A stretch of DNA of 64,000 bases, from NCBI RefSeq assembly GCF_009914755.1, contig NC_060929.1. One strand, written 5' to 3'. The number at the start of each line of letters is the position of its first letter. The first letter of the stretch is position 1. Below the pieces are notes generated by a model that saw only the letters and a list, made by a program, of their open reading frames with translations, searched no databases and had not been told where the DNA came from. The stretch comes from the human T2T-CHM13v2.0 reference genome, Homo sapiens. Below, one piece after another: positions 28,431 to 43,125 of this stretch. A program made the position numbers and the translations under genes.

Positions 28431-29468
28431 GAGTGAAGCCATTCCCCCATCCTCTAATACTACCTCTCCAGTAATATGGGCACCACAATACTCATTTTAT
28501 AGGAGGAAAGAAAGTAAATTTTCAACTCAAAAATTGGCTCAAGTTCACGTAACTCAAAAGAGAGAATCTTAACATACACTAATGCTCTTTTCACTACAGC
28601 TCTTGAATATTAGAAAACTGAAGGTATATGTCCCAGAATAAGTGAGAAACTTTTAAGCAATATTTTCTAAATTCACTTATAATTCTTTTAAGACCTATTT
28701 TCCCTGTCCTAAGAAAGAAGCAGGGGGGAAATGCTCTCAAAAATGTTCTTTTCCATGGGTGGCCAGGTCTTCTAAAGCATGAATGAATCTCCAAAACAAA
28801 TGATCACTTGGCCATTCAATGTAGGGAGAAAGAAATTGCTCTGAACAATGATGCATATAAACTGAATTTTTGAGGTATAATAAATATGATTCTCCTTGAA
28901 GGAGATTTTTTTAAATCAGGTTGCTGAAGTAAGTCAAAAGAGACAAATATAACTCTTTGCTTGTGGAGGTTAATCATAAAATGCATCTTTGTTTTAAAAT
29001 CCCATGAATGTTGGAACAGAAGACCATCCAATGTCAGTTCATAAATGAACCATTCCCTTTGAAACTTTGACAAATGACTCCCTGATGTTGCTTCTGTTTG
29101 CTGAGGAGGGAAGCAGTGGCCTTCTGGGGCAGCAAGTTAAAGATATTTCTATGAGATTTATGTGGCACAAAGCACTCTCAAAGACAAATCAGTGTATCCA
29201 AGTAGAGCATTCTAATGTAATCACGCTGATCAAGAAAAGTGTTTCATCAACACAGATCTGTCATTTCTTCCTCTCATTGTGTGGAGCTGCCTAAAGGTTT
29301 TATGTCCCTGAAACAAGGCTCTGAATGGCAGTCTTCAGTCACATTTGATATTAACAGAATTCCATAAAATCAGTCATCACTCTGGATGCATACTTTCCCT
29401 TAGGAAAACCATTTAAGTTCAAACTTGGTGGGAGAAGTATCAGAACAAAACTACTAAAGAAACCTTGG

Positions 29469-29772
<304 letters not shown>

Positions 29773-29778
29773 CATGGG

Positions 29779-30087
29779 GACTGGCCATGGTGGCTCACAT
29801 CTGTAATCCCAGCATTTTGGGAGGCCAAGGTGGGAGGATCCTTTGAGCTCAGGAGTTTGAGACCAGCCGGGGCAACATAGTGAGACCTCATCTACAAAAA
29901 AAATGAAAATTAGCTGGGCATGGTGGCATGTAACCATGGTCCCAGCTGCTGAAGTGGCTGAGGTGGGAGGATTGCTTGAGCACAGGAGGTTCAGGCTGTA
30001 GTGAGCCAAGGTCTCACCACTGCACTTCAGCCTGAGGGACAGAGCAAGACCATCTCTGGAAAAAAAAAAAAAAAGGAAAGAAAAAAA
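29779..30087 (+). mobile_element. AluJ
   Basis: GGAGGATTGCTTGAGCACAGGAGGTTCAGGCTG J-type right arm; flanked by AAGAAAAAAACATGGG. Confidence 0.9.
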
Positions 30088-30540
30088 CATGGGCCTGGAT
30101 TATGGCCTCAGAATTTGTTGTGAACCCATATTTACACACAATGTTGACCTCAAATACTTTGGCAAATCATAAAGTCTGTAGGGGTGCAGGAATGATGATG
30201 TCATTCATTGATCCACACCACTTCTGAGAGAAGATTTACGGGTATCTTGATTATGGTGGGATTCTCACCAGGCCTCATCTTCAGCACTCTCCAGTTCCAG
30301 GTGATGCACAGCCTAGCAACCCTCCCCCTGCTGAGATCAAGCCTTTGAGCATCACTGCCCTGGTTTTTCTTTAATGAAGCTAAACAGTGCCCTGATTAAA
30401 ATTTTCCAAGCTCTTGACATTGAAATAAATGGAGTGAGGGAGAAAAAAAAAACTGCCTCAAAATTGTGTATGAGAATGTATTTAAGAAGGAAAACAGGTT
30501 GTTGATGGAATTTTAGAGGGTCAGTAAATATCCTTCTCCC

Positions 30541-31234
<694 letters not shown>

Positions 31235-32859
31235 CGCTCTACTCCAGAGTTCAGGACCACTGGTAAATAAGGCTGGACACAGAGCAATGGCGCCAAAGAG
31301 TTAGCCATATTATTGATAAAATCCATTTGAGAACATGGCTTTAAATCAGCAGTCATAGGATTTGCATGGAATGTATCACCTCCAAACAGGCAGTCTGCCC
31401 TGGAAACATGTCATATGGAGGAGCTGAGGAAGTGCTCCATGGATGAGCAGACAGATATGAAAGAAAGAGGACTCTCTGGGGGGAGTAAGGGGATGGGGAG
31501 GAGCTGGGAGTGTTCCTCCTGTCCTTTTTCCTCTGGGTGGGGCAGCAGAAATCCCTCTCTTCTCTGGAAGTATGAGAAATAGGAAAGGAGTGTCTCCATG
31601 CTCCCACCCCCAACGGATCTCAAGCTTCATTCTGCCATGTGCTTCCTAGAGAGGTGAGGTCAACTCTGGTCATCTTCACTTGGAAAGGCCATATTCAGCT
31701 AAAATGTCACAAAAGGAAATCTCACCTTCCCCCTTCAATGTGCTGATCTTTCTATAATTCTTTCCCAGGAGGAACGACATCATCTTCCAACCCTGGGCTA
31801 GTTTTCTCTTTCTTCCTGTTCTATGGATTCTTCCTCTTAAATAGCTTACAAACCTGTCTGCCCCACTTCAGCCCATGGCCAATGCTTCAGTCAATCCCCT
31901 CATTACCCACCCTGCTGGATTCCAGCCCCATCTTCCCTACTGGCTTCTCTGCCATGTGTGTTCTTCACATTGGCACCAAAGTGAAACGCCTAAAAGCCCA
32001 GTTGGACCACAACTTCCCATAAATTAAAATCCTTCTGGTTCCTGAGAAGTCTGCATGTCCTGGCTTCCTCTCCCACTGGGTCTAGCCAGAGCCAGGGGGA
32101 ACCAGAGTCCAAGGGTCCTCAGACATCGGAGATACCAGGCTTTGATGATGAACAACGGGAAGACATGTTCTGCACAAGGTCTTGGGCGAATCTCCACTGG
32201 CAGTGAGGAAGATTTATCTCTCACACCACGTGGAGGGACATCCTGGAGGCGAAACCTCAGCCTCCTTCCTTCCCTCTACTCCTTCCTCCCCACCAGAGCA
32301 AGAAATTAAAGAATTGAACCAATATATCCCTCTCTTTTCTGGCATCTGCCTGCCCATAGAGAAGGTGTCATACTCTTAGGACTAAGGGTAAATTTTCATG
32401 TAGAGGCTTTGTCCCTGCAGGAGAAAGTGTACATCCCAAACACCAGCTTAAAGAAGTGAGTTGTTTTAATTCTCGGGGGCAAACTAAGGAAGTCCATTTG
32501 ACTCTAAGACTAAGCCTCGGCCTCTTTAAAGTTTTGTCAGCACTAAAGATAATTTGTTGATCTCCATCTACCTGACTCTGGAGTTTCCATTCTGAACCTG
32601 CTTAAGGAAAAATGATGTCTTTCAAACTCACTCAACCCCAACAGTTTTGAAGGCTTGTGATTCTGCCCCTGGGTTATGGGTCTGTGATGTTAAGAGATTA
32701 TAAATGGACATGGTAGGAAATGTCACAGTTAATGACGTTTGCTTATAAAAGGGGTGAATTATAGCAGAGAGGCCCCTTGGATTGTCATGCAATTAAGGAT
32801 CATCTATGACAGAGGCTTTCAGTCTTTATCACTCGCTGTTTGTGGAGCCTGTTGCTCTC

Positions 32860-33570
32860 AAAAACCTCTTCCTTTTGAGTTCTCCATTTTCATCAATAAT
32901 ACCACTTTCTTGATAATCATCTGACATCAAAGCTCTGTCACTATCTTCCTCCTTTAATTCTTTCCAACAAATTTATTAGCAAGCTATGAAGATTCTACAT
33001 CACTGCATCATCTCCTTCCACTTAACCATCATCTGTCATTATTGCTTCTCATTGGAATATTACAATAGCTTCCTAACCCGTCTCTCTGAATTTTGTCTCC
33101 CTCTTCTGCAATTCAGCCAATTCTTTGCTAGCAGATTAATATTTCTGAAGGGCATATTTGATTATGTCTTTCTCCTATTCAAAAACAGTCAGGGAGTCCC
33201 CACTGGCTTCTACGTTAAATCTGATTTCTTCTGCTGGAATTCAAGGAAAGCCCTTCACAGTAAGGTTCCAACTTCCCCTTTCAGCTCTGTTTCTCAACAT
33301 TTTTGTATCATAGACTGGCATTACCATCACACAGCTCTACACTTGTCTGCCCTTTTGCTTTTGCTGGTATGTTCCTATGTCTGAGGGTATCTTTCTTTCC
33401 CCCTGTGATGGAGCTTCAAAAATAAGTAACAATAATAGGCAAACCACAACTATTTTGTGAAATCTCTTATCCTCCCAATCCTGACAAAAGGTTGAGCTTT
33501 TCTCCCTTTTGACACCATAGCATCAGAGTACTTTGTGCTTTTCTTACCCCATTTATTTTATTCTACTACC
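32860..33570 (+). mobile_element. L2 fragment
   Basis: CAATAGCTTCCTAACCCGTCTCTCTG..CAGATTAATATTTCTGAAG typical L2 3' region. Confidence 0.5.
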
Positions 33571-34872
33571 ATAGACATATATTGATTCGCCTCTTCTGTC
33601 CAGCAGCTCCAAAATTTTCTTTGGATAATTGTCCCTTTCCTATTCTCAGGCACGTGGTTTGGGTGGAATTTGCTTTCCCATTGTTTTCAAGCAAAACATA
33701 CTGCTTCCTATCTCCTCCTCCTCTCTTCTGTTTCAGAGTCTTGAGAATTTGTTTAGGGAAGAAGATAAGACTTGATTAAGAACCAGGAGACCTAAGAGAT
33801 ATCGGCTGGGACTTTGAGAATAAGAGCCTCCATTATCTTCCGAAAGAACTCCAAGAAGACACATCCTCACTTTCTCAGATGTTGTAGTGAGGGTGTAAGG
33901 TCTAGAATTGCACAAGTCATGTTGGTAGCATGAGGGGGGCCAGCCCAGAGATAAATCGGGCACATAAAGGAGGGGACATGAGCTAAAACAGTCATAGAGA
34001 AATTGTGATATTTTGAACCTCTGGATAAAACAGCACTTGCAGCCAGGCCTAATTTTGTACTTGTCAGTTAAGTTAATAAATTTCTAATTTTGTGTAAGCC
34101 CATCTGAGTTTGGTGTTCTGACTCCAGCAACAAATCTTCTGTCTTCATACTAGACATATGGTATCTTTTTGTGGGGATAGTTTAAATCTACTGTAATGGA
34201 TCTCACAGTGCCTTACGTAGCAGCTTTTTAATGGACCTCTTTTAATGGGATTGATTTGTGCAGTGGGAAAAAAAATGTTTCCATGAACTTACTCAGGCAA
34301 CATTTTTGAAAAGAAAATAGAATATTCACTGTTTGCTGAATTGAATTGGATACACTGATACTTACTAAAAACACATTTTATCAAACAGATGGATTGTGGA
34401 AAATAGCTTGCAAACCCCATCTTTAAAATTTCTGGTTGTTTAGGAAAGTAGTCAGCAGGTTCTTTTCCTTATAGTAGAGATTTTGTAAAATAAAAGGTAA
34501 TTCTCATACATCATCTACAATAATAAACAACTCCTGAAATTTGATTATCTAGGCCATTTCTATATTTAAAATGGTCTAGCCCATGAATAGACATGGAGCC
34601 ACGTATATTTTTAATAACAAAAATAAGGGTTCTGAGTTTATATGCTTAACTGCATAGAAAACAATATATTATAAATTTTAAAGGCCCCAAGGGCCATTTC
34701 CAAGGCTTCCAAAATTTATTCTAGGTATATTTTACCTTAGAGGCTGGACAGAGATGGACTCTCTGATAAATGTGTGGCTCCAGGTAAAAGTCTCACTGCT
34801 TAACTGAGTCTCATTCCTAGAAAGCTGGAGTCCATGCACAGAGGTGGAGAAACCAGAAAAGTGCAGACTGCT

Positions 34873-35830
34873 ATATGGGTTTTCTATTGCTGAGTAGCAA
34901 ATTACTATACATTTAGCAGCTTAAAAAACAATGCCTGTTTATTAGCTCACAGTTCTGTAGGTTTGGAGTTTGGCACAGCATGGCTGTGTTCTCTGCGTAG
35001 GGTCTCACAAGGCTGACATCAAAGTGCTGACTGGGCTGAGTCCTTCTCCGGAGGCTCTAAGCCATTCATTCTGCCTCCAAACTATTCGCACTGTTCACAG
35101 AATTCAGTTCCTTGAAGTTGTAGAATTAAGGTTCCTGTTTCCTTGCTGGCTGTCAGCCAGGACTGCTTTCAGCAGCTCAAGGCCACCCACATTCCTTAGT
35201 ATGTGGCCTCCTCCATCTTTAAGCCAGCAATGGTGTGTCAAGTTGGGTTTTTTTCTTTCTTTCTTTCTTTCTTTTTAAAGACAGGATCTCACTCTGTTGT
35301 ACAAGCTGGACTGCAGTGACAGGACCACAGCTCACTGTAGCTTCACCCTCCCAGATTCAAGCAGTCCTCCCCACCTCAGCCCCCTGAGTAGCTGAGACCA
35401 CAGGTATGAGCCACCACACCTAGCTAATTTTTTTTAGTTTTTTTTATACAGGTCTTGCTATGTTGCTGGGGCTGGTCGTGAACTCCTGACTCAAGCCATT
35501 CTCCCCCCTCAGCCTCCCAAAGAGCTAGGATTACCGGTGTGAGCCAGTGCTCCTGGCCTCAAGTCCTTCTTGTGCTTTGAATTACTGACTTCCTGTCTCT
35601 GACCTCTAGATCCAAATTTGAAGGGCTCATGTGATTAGGTCAGGCCCACCCACATGCACGCCCTATCTAATGTCAACTGATTTGGGAGCTCAATCACATC
35701 TGCAAAACTTCCTAGATCTGCAAAACTTCCACAGCAGCACCTAGATTAGTGTTTGATTAAATAATTGGAAGAAAGTATGTGTATATCAGGACCAGGAGTC
35801 TTGAGGGGCATCTTAAAACTGCCTATTATA
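34873..35830 (-). mobile_element. MLT1E-like LTR interrupted by AluJ
   Basis: TTTATTAGCTCACAGTTCTGTAGG..AGAATTCAGTTCCTTG..GGGCATCTTAAAACTGCCTA. Confidence 0.72.
35248..35558 (-). mobile_element. AluJ
   Basis: Degenerate Alu reverse complement; TCAAGT flanks. Confidence 0.85.
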
Positions 35831-36014
35831 CCTGCAGTAATCAAACATCAGCCCCCTCCACAATGGGCCACCAGATCTCTTCAGGAAATAACAATTCTCC
35901 TGTACCTTGGGTTTTCTTCTCAATCTGGACTAGCCTGGGCCTTTCTATTTCCCCTCCCATCCGAGTGATACGGAAATCAAGCCTTACACCCTTCTCTTCA
36001 TTTCCTCTCAGATC

Positions 36015-36369
36015 TGTCTTTGTTAGCTCAGGCTGCCATAAGAAAATGCCACGAATAAATTTATTTTCTTACAGTTTTGGAGGCTGGAAGTCTGTGATGA
36101 GGGGCCAGCATGGCTGAGTTCAGGAGAGTGCCCTCTTCCTAGTTTGCAGATGGCCCATCTTCTTGCTAGGTTCCTCATGTGGCAGAGAGACTGAGCAAGT
36201 TCTCTGCCATCTCTTCTTATAAGGACACTAATTGTATCATGAAAGCCCCACCCTCATGACCTCATTTTAACCTGATTACCTTTCAAAGGTCCCATCTCCA
36301 AACACCATCACATTGGAGGTTAGAGCTGCAACATATGAATTTTGGGGGGACACAATTCAATACATAGCA
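36015..36369 (-). mobile_element. MLT1A-like MaLR LTR
   Basis: TTTATTTTCTTACAGTTTTGGAGGCTGGAAGTC..ACATATGAATTTTGGGGGGACACAATTCA. Confidence 0.78.
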
Positions 36370-36657
36370 GTACCAAAATAAAAATTTCACTCATCGCACC
36401 AGAGATAATGAACACTTTGAGTACAAGGATATCCCAAACCATACAGAACAAAAAAAATATTTTTTTCCTACCACTTCTTCCAGCCTGTTGTCACAGTCTA
36501 TGCTATTCCCCACAAACAGCAACAGCAAAATGTGTCTGGAGACACATTTCTATCTAAGCTGGATTCAGAAATCTATGCTCCTAAAATAGGCTTTTAACAC
36601 TTCAGTCTCAAACATCTACATCCAGGTTAGAGTTGACTTCAGCCTAGTCCTCGAGAA

Positions 36658-36999
36658 CAGTGGTCCCCAAACGTTTTGGCACCAGGAACCAGTTTCATGG
36701 AAGACAATTTTGCCGTGGACTGAAGGTGGAGGATGGTTTCCAGATGAAACTGTTCCACCTCCGATCATCAGGCATTAGTTAGCTTCTCATAAGGAGTGCA
36801 CAACCTAGATCCCTCGCATGCGCAATTCGCACTAGGTTTCACGCTCCTATGAGAATCTAACTCCCCCGGCTGATCCAACAGGAGGCAAAGCTCAGGCGGT
36901 AATGGTCACTCACCTGCTGTTCACCTCCTGCTGTGCGGCCCAGTTCCTAACAGGCCATGGACCAGTACCACTCTGCAGGTGGAGAGCTGGGGACCCCTG
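36658..36999 (+). mobile_element. MER1B hAT-Charlie non-autonomous DNA transposon
   Basis: TIRs CAGTGGTCCCCA / TGGGGACCCCTG; 8-bp TSD CTCGAGAA / CTATAGAA; internal GGAAGACAATTTT, CAACCTAGATCCCTCGCATGCGCA. Confidence 0.88.
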
Positions 37000-37108
37000 C
37001 TATAGAATGAAGGGTGGGCACAGATTTACATCTCATACAGACTGTCAAAGTAATAAGTTTACCATAATGGCTCTTGAAAATTACACTACTTTGCAAACAA
37101 TGATTCTT

Positions 37109-37555
37109 TGCATTAGTTTCCTATTTCTGCTGTCACACATATCCACAAATTTAGTGCCTTAAAAACAACATATTATCTTCCAATTTCCAGGATGAAAAGT
37201 CTAAAATAGAAAGGCAAAGACTACATTCCTTCTGGAATCTCCAGGGGGAATCCATTTCCTTGCCTCTTCCAGCTTCTAGAGACCCCCCGTCTGTATCCTC
37301 ATCTAGCGGTTCCTTGCTTGCAACTGCTTCCGTCGTCACTTTGCTTTCTCTGATCCCCTGCCCTTCCCCTACTCATAAGGACACTAGCAATGACAATGGC
37401 CCACCTGGATGATCCACAATAATCCCTCCACCCCAAGATCTTTAACATAACCACATCTGCAAAGTCTCTTTTGCCACATAAGGTAACATATTCATGAGTT
37501 ACGAGAATTTTGACATGGACATCGTTGGGCGGAGGCCATTATTCTGCCTATCACG
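37109..37555 (-). mobile_element. MLT1C/D MaLR LTR
   Basis: CACATCTGCAAAGTCTCTTTTGCCACATAAGGTAACATATTCA..GGCCATTATTCTGCCTATCAC. Confidence 0.75.
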
Positions 37556-38266
37556 TGCCTTGTTTCAGTATAATGACTTTTGTATCCCAAGACATACTAA
37601 ATAAATGAGATATACGAAATCATATTCTGAAACTATATGTTCAGGCAAAGCCACATTCACCAATTTACTCAGTCCAATGGTTTCTAGTTAGAGAATATCA
37701 ACTGGAAAAAATCTGAATTGCGCACATTTAAATGTTTAGCTTTCTGTATATATACACAGAGAAAAAGAAATGAAAAAGTGGCCTCTTCCACTATCTTCAG
37801 TCTATTGCACTCTTGCACTATTTCCACATCTTCCAAAGTGCTGTCATGTTTAGCTCTATTTTGCCCTGAAGAAATTTGTGCTTAAACTTAATTTCAAATG
37901 CAGTTTGAATACAACATAAACACAAGTCCCAAAGTGGTTGAAAAACTGGTGAAGAAAGTGGCGCAGGGAAAAAATATGTATACTAAACCTCCATTACATT
38001 ACATTTTATGTGCAAATTCTATGTGCTTTACAATTGTTGTTTATTAACTATTTAATCTTGTTTTCATTATCCAAATGATGTATTTATCTCTCTGAGAAAA
38101 TTGGTTGTGAGAATTTCAGGTGAGGACAGAATTAATTACAATTAATGGAAATATTTTTCATGTAATAGCTTTTCACTTAATGCCTGGAAAGAATTTAAGC
38201 GACAGGAGGGTGTTAAGGGTATTTGCTTTGAAGCAGTTCACCCAGAACAAAAGAACCATCTTCTTT

Positions 38267-38650
38267 CTCTTTCTTCCTTCCTTCTTTTCTTTCTTTTCTC
38301 CTTCCTTTCTTTCCTTCCTTCCTACCTCCCTCCCTCCCTCCCTTCTTTCCTTTCTTCCCTCCTTCCTTTCTTGACAGAGTCTTGCTCTGTCACCCAGGCT
38401 GGAGGGTAATAGCACGATCTTGGTGCACTGCAACCTCTGCCTCCTGGTTTCAAGCAATTCTCCTGCCTCAGCCGCCCAAGTAGCTGGAATTACAGGCGTG
38501 CGCCACCACGCGGCTAATTTTTATATTTTTAGTAGAGAGGGGGTTTCACCATGTTGGCCAGGCTGGTCTCGAACTCCTGACCTCAGGCGATCCACCCACC
38601 TCGACCTTCCAAAGTGTTGGGATTACAGGCGTGAGCCACCCCACCCAGTT
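38267..38650 (-). mobile_element. AluS whose tail is a CT-rich (TTTC/TTCC/CTCC) microsatellite
   Basis: Alu reverse complement 38371-38650; TSD GAACCATCTTCTTT / GAACTATCTTCTTT encloses the microsatellite. Confidence 0.9.
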
Positions 38651-39761
38651 GAACTATCTTCTTTAGAAAGGAACTCTGAGGCCTCCACTGAAGTAGACAA
38701 CTGCTGGCAGTTTTTAAATGGCAGGTTTTCCAACTTCTTCCCAGACTTCAAAAACCCTAGGGCTGAATTTCAACCACAGCACCTGTTAGAGGTATAAATA
38801 TGTGTATGGAATTTGATTTTGATTAATCCTCGTTCCATAATGTTGGCTCTGAAGAAGCTTGCTCCTGGGTGGCCAGATGAATGGCCAGAAAGCAAAGGTG
38901 GTTTTCACATATTACATTCTAGCAAAGCAATCTACCCCCAATGCTTCCAGGGTGCTGTCATTGGGAAAGCAAAATTGCACTGTAGAGGTCAGAAGCTCCT
39001 ATTCACCTCTTCCTCTTCCTAGCCACATGATGAGAATTTTTCTTTGGTAGAACCATGATATCATTGTGGAACAGCATGATTATAACTGTAGTGCCATGGG
39101 TTGAAGACATTTTTAGAAAATAAATCTCAGCTCATTCTGTGACTTTTTTGAGTTCTGTAAATACTTTCAAGGGATGTCAGGCTGAAATGTTTAATCACAC
39201 TAATTGTTCCTACCAGTCCTAAACCAATGTGGGATATATACATAGACCTTACTCACCTCTCTAGCCTCTAAGAATGAGCTCAGCAGCATGTTGAAAGTGG
39301 TACTGCATGTACTGCCTGAAGCACTGATTGGGGGATGTCATGCATATCACTCATTCACCTGTACCAGAATGTGTCTCTACTGTTTGGTTCCATTCGCCCA
39401 AGAAAATAATGAAGGATATTGGCCAGAGTTGTAGGTATAAAGAACACCCAGACAAAGAAGTGATCTCAGTGCACAAAGGGGCTTTTGCTTGACAACACTA
39501 CAAGGGTTTGCTGAGCCGTCTCCTTGACCTGCATAATTCACAGTTCTTCATTCCAGGGCCATCATTTGTTTAAGCATGGGTCACATGACTTCAGGTTTCA
39601 CTCATAACTTCCTATACTCTGTCAGTCTCCTGCCTCTGAGAGGACATGGGTTTGTCACAGACCATGACTTTCGAGTCCTCTAACTGTGCTTCCAAAAGCC
39701 TAGGGTTGAGTGAGAAAAAGATAGTGATTGATGGGCTACAGCTCAAGCTAAACCTAGGGTG

Positions 39762-39770
39762 GTGTGTGTG

Positions 39771-39801
<31 letters not shown>
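39762..39801. repeat. (TG)n microsatellite
   Basis: Direct reading. Confidence 0.95.
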
Positions 39802-41302
39802 AAGCCTTGAGAACTACTCCCACTACATTTCACAGAAGACAATCCAAATTCCAAATGTATCATCCCAAGGCTCCAATTGCCATGGCACAACTTTTGATAC
39901 AATCCCAATAACTATTTTTGAAAAGCCCTGCCTATCTAAGCTTTGCATGTTGTTTGTCCTTCTCCTATCTCTTGTCCATCATGTCTATTTCCTATTGTTC
40001 TGGTGGTTGCCGTCTTTGCCCATAGAGTCTGGGAATTCTCGCAGAGCTCTGCAAAGCCTCTTTGTGATGCACAGTATTTCATATTCTTAGAACATTTATC
40101 AGAGGTATTTTTATCTTTAGTATGCATATTCTATTAGCATAGACCACTGCAGCATATAGCACAAACAAATCACACACAGGCTCATGATTATTTTTTTCTA
40201 GTTTAATTAATATAAAGGTAACATGGATATATTGTAAGAAAAAAATCAAATAGGAAAAAACAATTTTTGATGGAAAGAAATAGTCTCCTACCTTCCCCCC
40301 AGTTCCTCTCCCAAGAAACAACATCTTAACTGTTTCAGTTCTTTAATTCTTATACTTGCTACTTTCAAAATACTAAATAACGTGCATATGAGATTTCTGA
40401 ATGTATCAAATTTATATTTAGCCTATTGTCTCCCAGAAATGAAAGATGAGGATTTAATTAACTTATACAACCATCCTCTCTTCTCCCACCTTTTCCTCCT
40501 TCTAATATTTGATGTATTATCATTTTTACTTCTTTGCTTGTTTATCTTTAATTACTTTAAATAATATACTTATGCCTCAATTTCTTTTGTAGCAAGGTTC
40601 AATTTTCTCCGGCCATGTTCTTGGGCACTTAAAAAAAAAAAAAAGATTAACTTTATTTTCTGTAACTAAAAGACCACATTTTACCAGCTGACATAAACCT
40701 TAATCATTGTCGATTCCAAGCAAGCACAGTCATTTTACATTTAAACTCTATACAGTCCAACTGAATTCCTCCATTACCTCCCACTTTCCTGGGAGGGCAG
40801 GTCTTTTCTTGGGGATTTATGTGGTGCCAAAGCACTTTGGGGAGGTATCCTAGGTAGGTATGCCCTAAATAGATATGGTTGACCTCTGTCCTACTTGGCA
40901 TCTCCTGATGTTTGGTAATTAACATCTCTTGACATCTGCTGAGCTGTTCCAGGCACCGCCATGAACTCTGGTTATTAGTTCACATGGTTTGAATCATCCA
41001 TGTTCTCATAAAAGATTTCCTTCAGATCCACTCACCATCTTAACCCTTCTGTGACCCTTTAAGGGAAGTGAACAGTTCTCCAACTGTCTTCTGTGACTAT
41101 GGGGACACAGGAATCTCAGCAGGGCTGTCTCAGGCCCTCCCCTGAGCCTTGGCCCTCCCCACTACAATTCCCATTGTACAGCTATGGCACACTCTGTTAG
41201 GAGGTAGAGGCACTTCTGTGAGTCTTGTGTTTAGCTTGCTGACTCTCAGAAAGGGGTGTACTGCTCCTTTCTTCTCTTACTCTTTTCCAAACTACCCCCT
41301 CC

Positions 41303-41937
41303 CATTACTGGAAAGCGGTCCCTATTCAGACACCAAGAGAGGGTTCTTGGACCTCTCACAAGAAAGAATTCAGGGCAAGTCCGTAGAGTAAAGCAAAAGC
41401 AAGTTTATTAAGAAAGTAAAGGAATAAATAATGGCTACTCCATAGGCAGAGCAGTGGTATATACAGCTGCTCAGCTGAGTATACTTAGAGTTATTTCTTG
41501 ATTATATGCAAAACAAGGGGTAGATTATTCATGAGTTTTCTGGGAAAGGGGCAAGCAATTACCAGAACTGAGGATTCCTCCCCTTTTTAGACCCTATAGG
41601 GTAACTTCCTGACATCGCCATGGCATTTGTAAACCGTCATGGCACTGGTGGGAGTCTTTTAGCAAGCTAACACATTATAATTAGCATATAATGAGCAGTG
41701 AGGACAACCAGAGGTCACTTTCATCCCCATCTTGGTTGTGGTGGGTTTTGGCCGGCTTCTTTACCACATCCTGTTTTATCAGCAGGGTCTTTGTGACCTG
41801 TATCTTGTGCTGACCTCCAATCTCATCCTGTGACTAAGAATGCCTAACCTCCTGGGAATGCAGCCCAGAAGGTCTCAGCCTTATGTTACTTAGGGACTAT
41901 TCAAGATGGAGTCACTCTGGTTCAAACACCTCTGACA
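41303..41937 (-). mobile_element. MER41-family (ERV1) solo LTR, near full length
   Basis: Reverse complement begins TGTCAGAGGTGTTTGAACCAGAGTGACTCCATCTTGAATAG and ends AAGAACCCTCTCTTGG..TTTCCAGTAATG; about 635 bp. Confidence 0.9.
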
Positions 41938-42479
41938 CTTCCACTCCAGGATTGGGGTTGGGGGCCGAGGGTGGCCAGGACACAAGCAAGCCCCAAGCAC
42001 TTGCTTTCCCCCTGACTCTCTAAACCTCTATCCTCCTTCCTCACTTCAGGCAAACTAACCTTTATGCCCTAATTCCTTCAGAGATTTTTCCTTGGCTACT
42101 TAAAACCAAGCTTTTGGAATTCAATGACATATTTCTTTCTCTTGCAAAGCAAAAGCCTTTGGATTTCAAGAAAATAAATTTCAAAAGCACACTTAGAATT
42201 TCAAAAGCCAAGAATTTGATCAATGCATGTAGCCTCATCGGCCCTCCTCTGGAATGCCTAGAATGCCTCAGCCTAAAATATTTTATTAAATAGGGAGAAG
42301 ATCTCAGGATTAAAAAACAAAAAAAAATGTGGAGGTAGATGAGCAATGATTAAATATCAAAACAGGCAAGATTCCAATGACAGAAGTCAGTTTCTCAATC
42401 CTACCCTATGTAAGACAAGGCTATTAGCATCACTGTCCTTCATTCCTTCCTTCCTCCTCACTCCACTTCCTTCTTTTAT

Positions 42480-42990
42480 GTTATTAGCCAGTTGCTGTTC
42501 AGTCTCAAGTAACGGAATATTTAATTTATAATGTCCTAAATAGATATGGTTTAATTTACTCAAATATCAATGAGTTCAGGCAATCCAGAACTGATACAGT
42601 GGCTAATGATGTCATGAGAAACCTAGACTCTCTTTCTCACTATACCCTCTTCGCACATTGGCTTGCTGTCCCATGGTTGCAAGATGACTGCAGTTCTAGG
42701 AATTACATCTGTAATCCGGGCAGCAGGAAGTGGAAAAGGGAAGAGAGGGCCAGGGGCAGCTGCATCATTTACCTTTATCAACCAAGCAAATATTTTTCCT
42801 AGAGCAGTTTCCTCCATAAATTTGTGTCTTACTGGCCAGAATTGTGTTGTATTGCTACCACTAGCTGTGTAGGTGGTATTATAGTATAAATACTCACCCA
42901 CTCACTAGCTGGGTGAGTATTTATAGTTACTCCCTCTACTATAAAAGCAAATAACAGCAAAGGAGGTTGCAAGCAGGTGTTGAGTAATCC
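42480..42990. mobile_element. LTR33-like ERVL LTR fragment
   Basis: CCCATGGTTGCAAGATGACTGCAG..ATTACATC resembles recalled LTR33 consensus. Confidence 0.45.
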
Positions 42991-43125
42991 AATTTATAGT
43001 GTCTGCCAAAGTCCTCCCTTTGGCTCCTCAATATTCATGTATACTCATAGAACATTCCTTACCCCATCACCAAGGGAGACAATCACAGTCTCATTCAGTT
43101 GCTGCATCAAGCTTGAAGTCCACAA

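Noticed and set aside
38275-38370. GGAA microsatellite as an EWS-FLI1-type enhancer
   Set aside because: Only short interrupted GGAA runs
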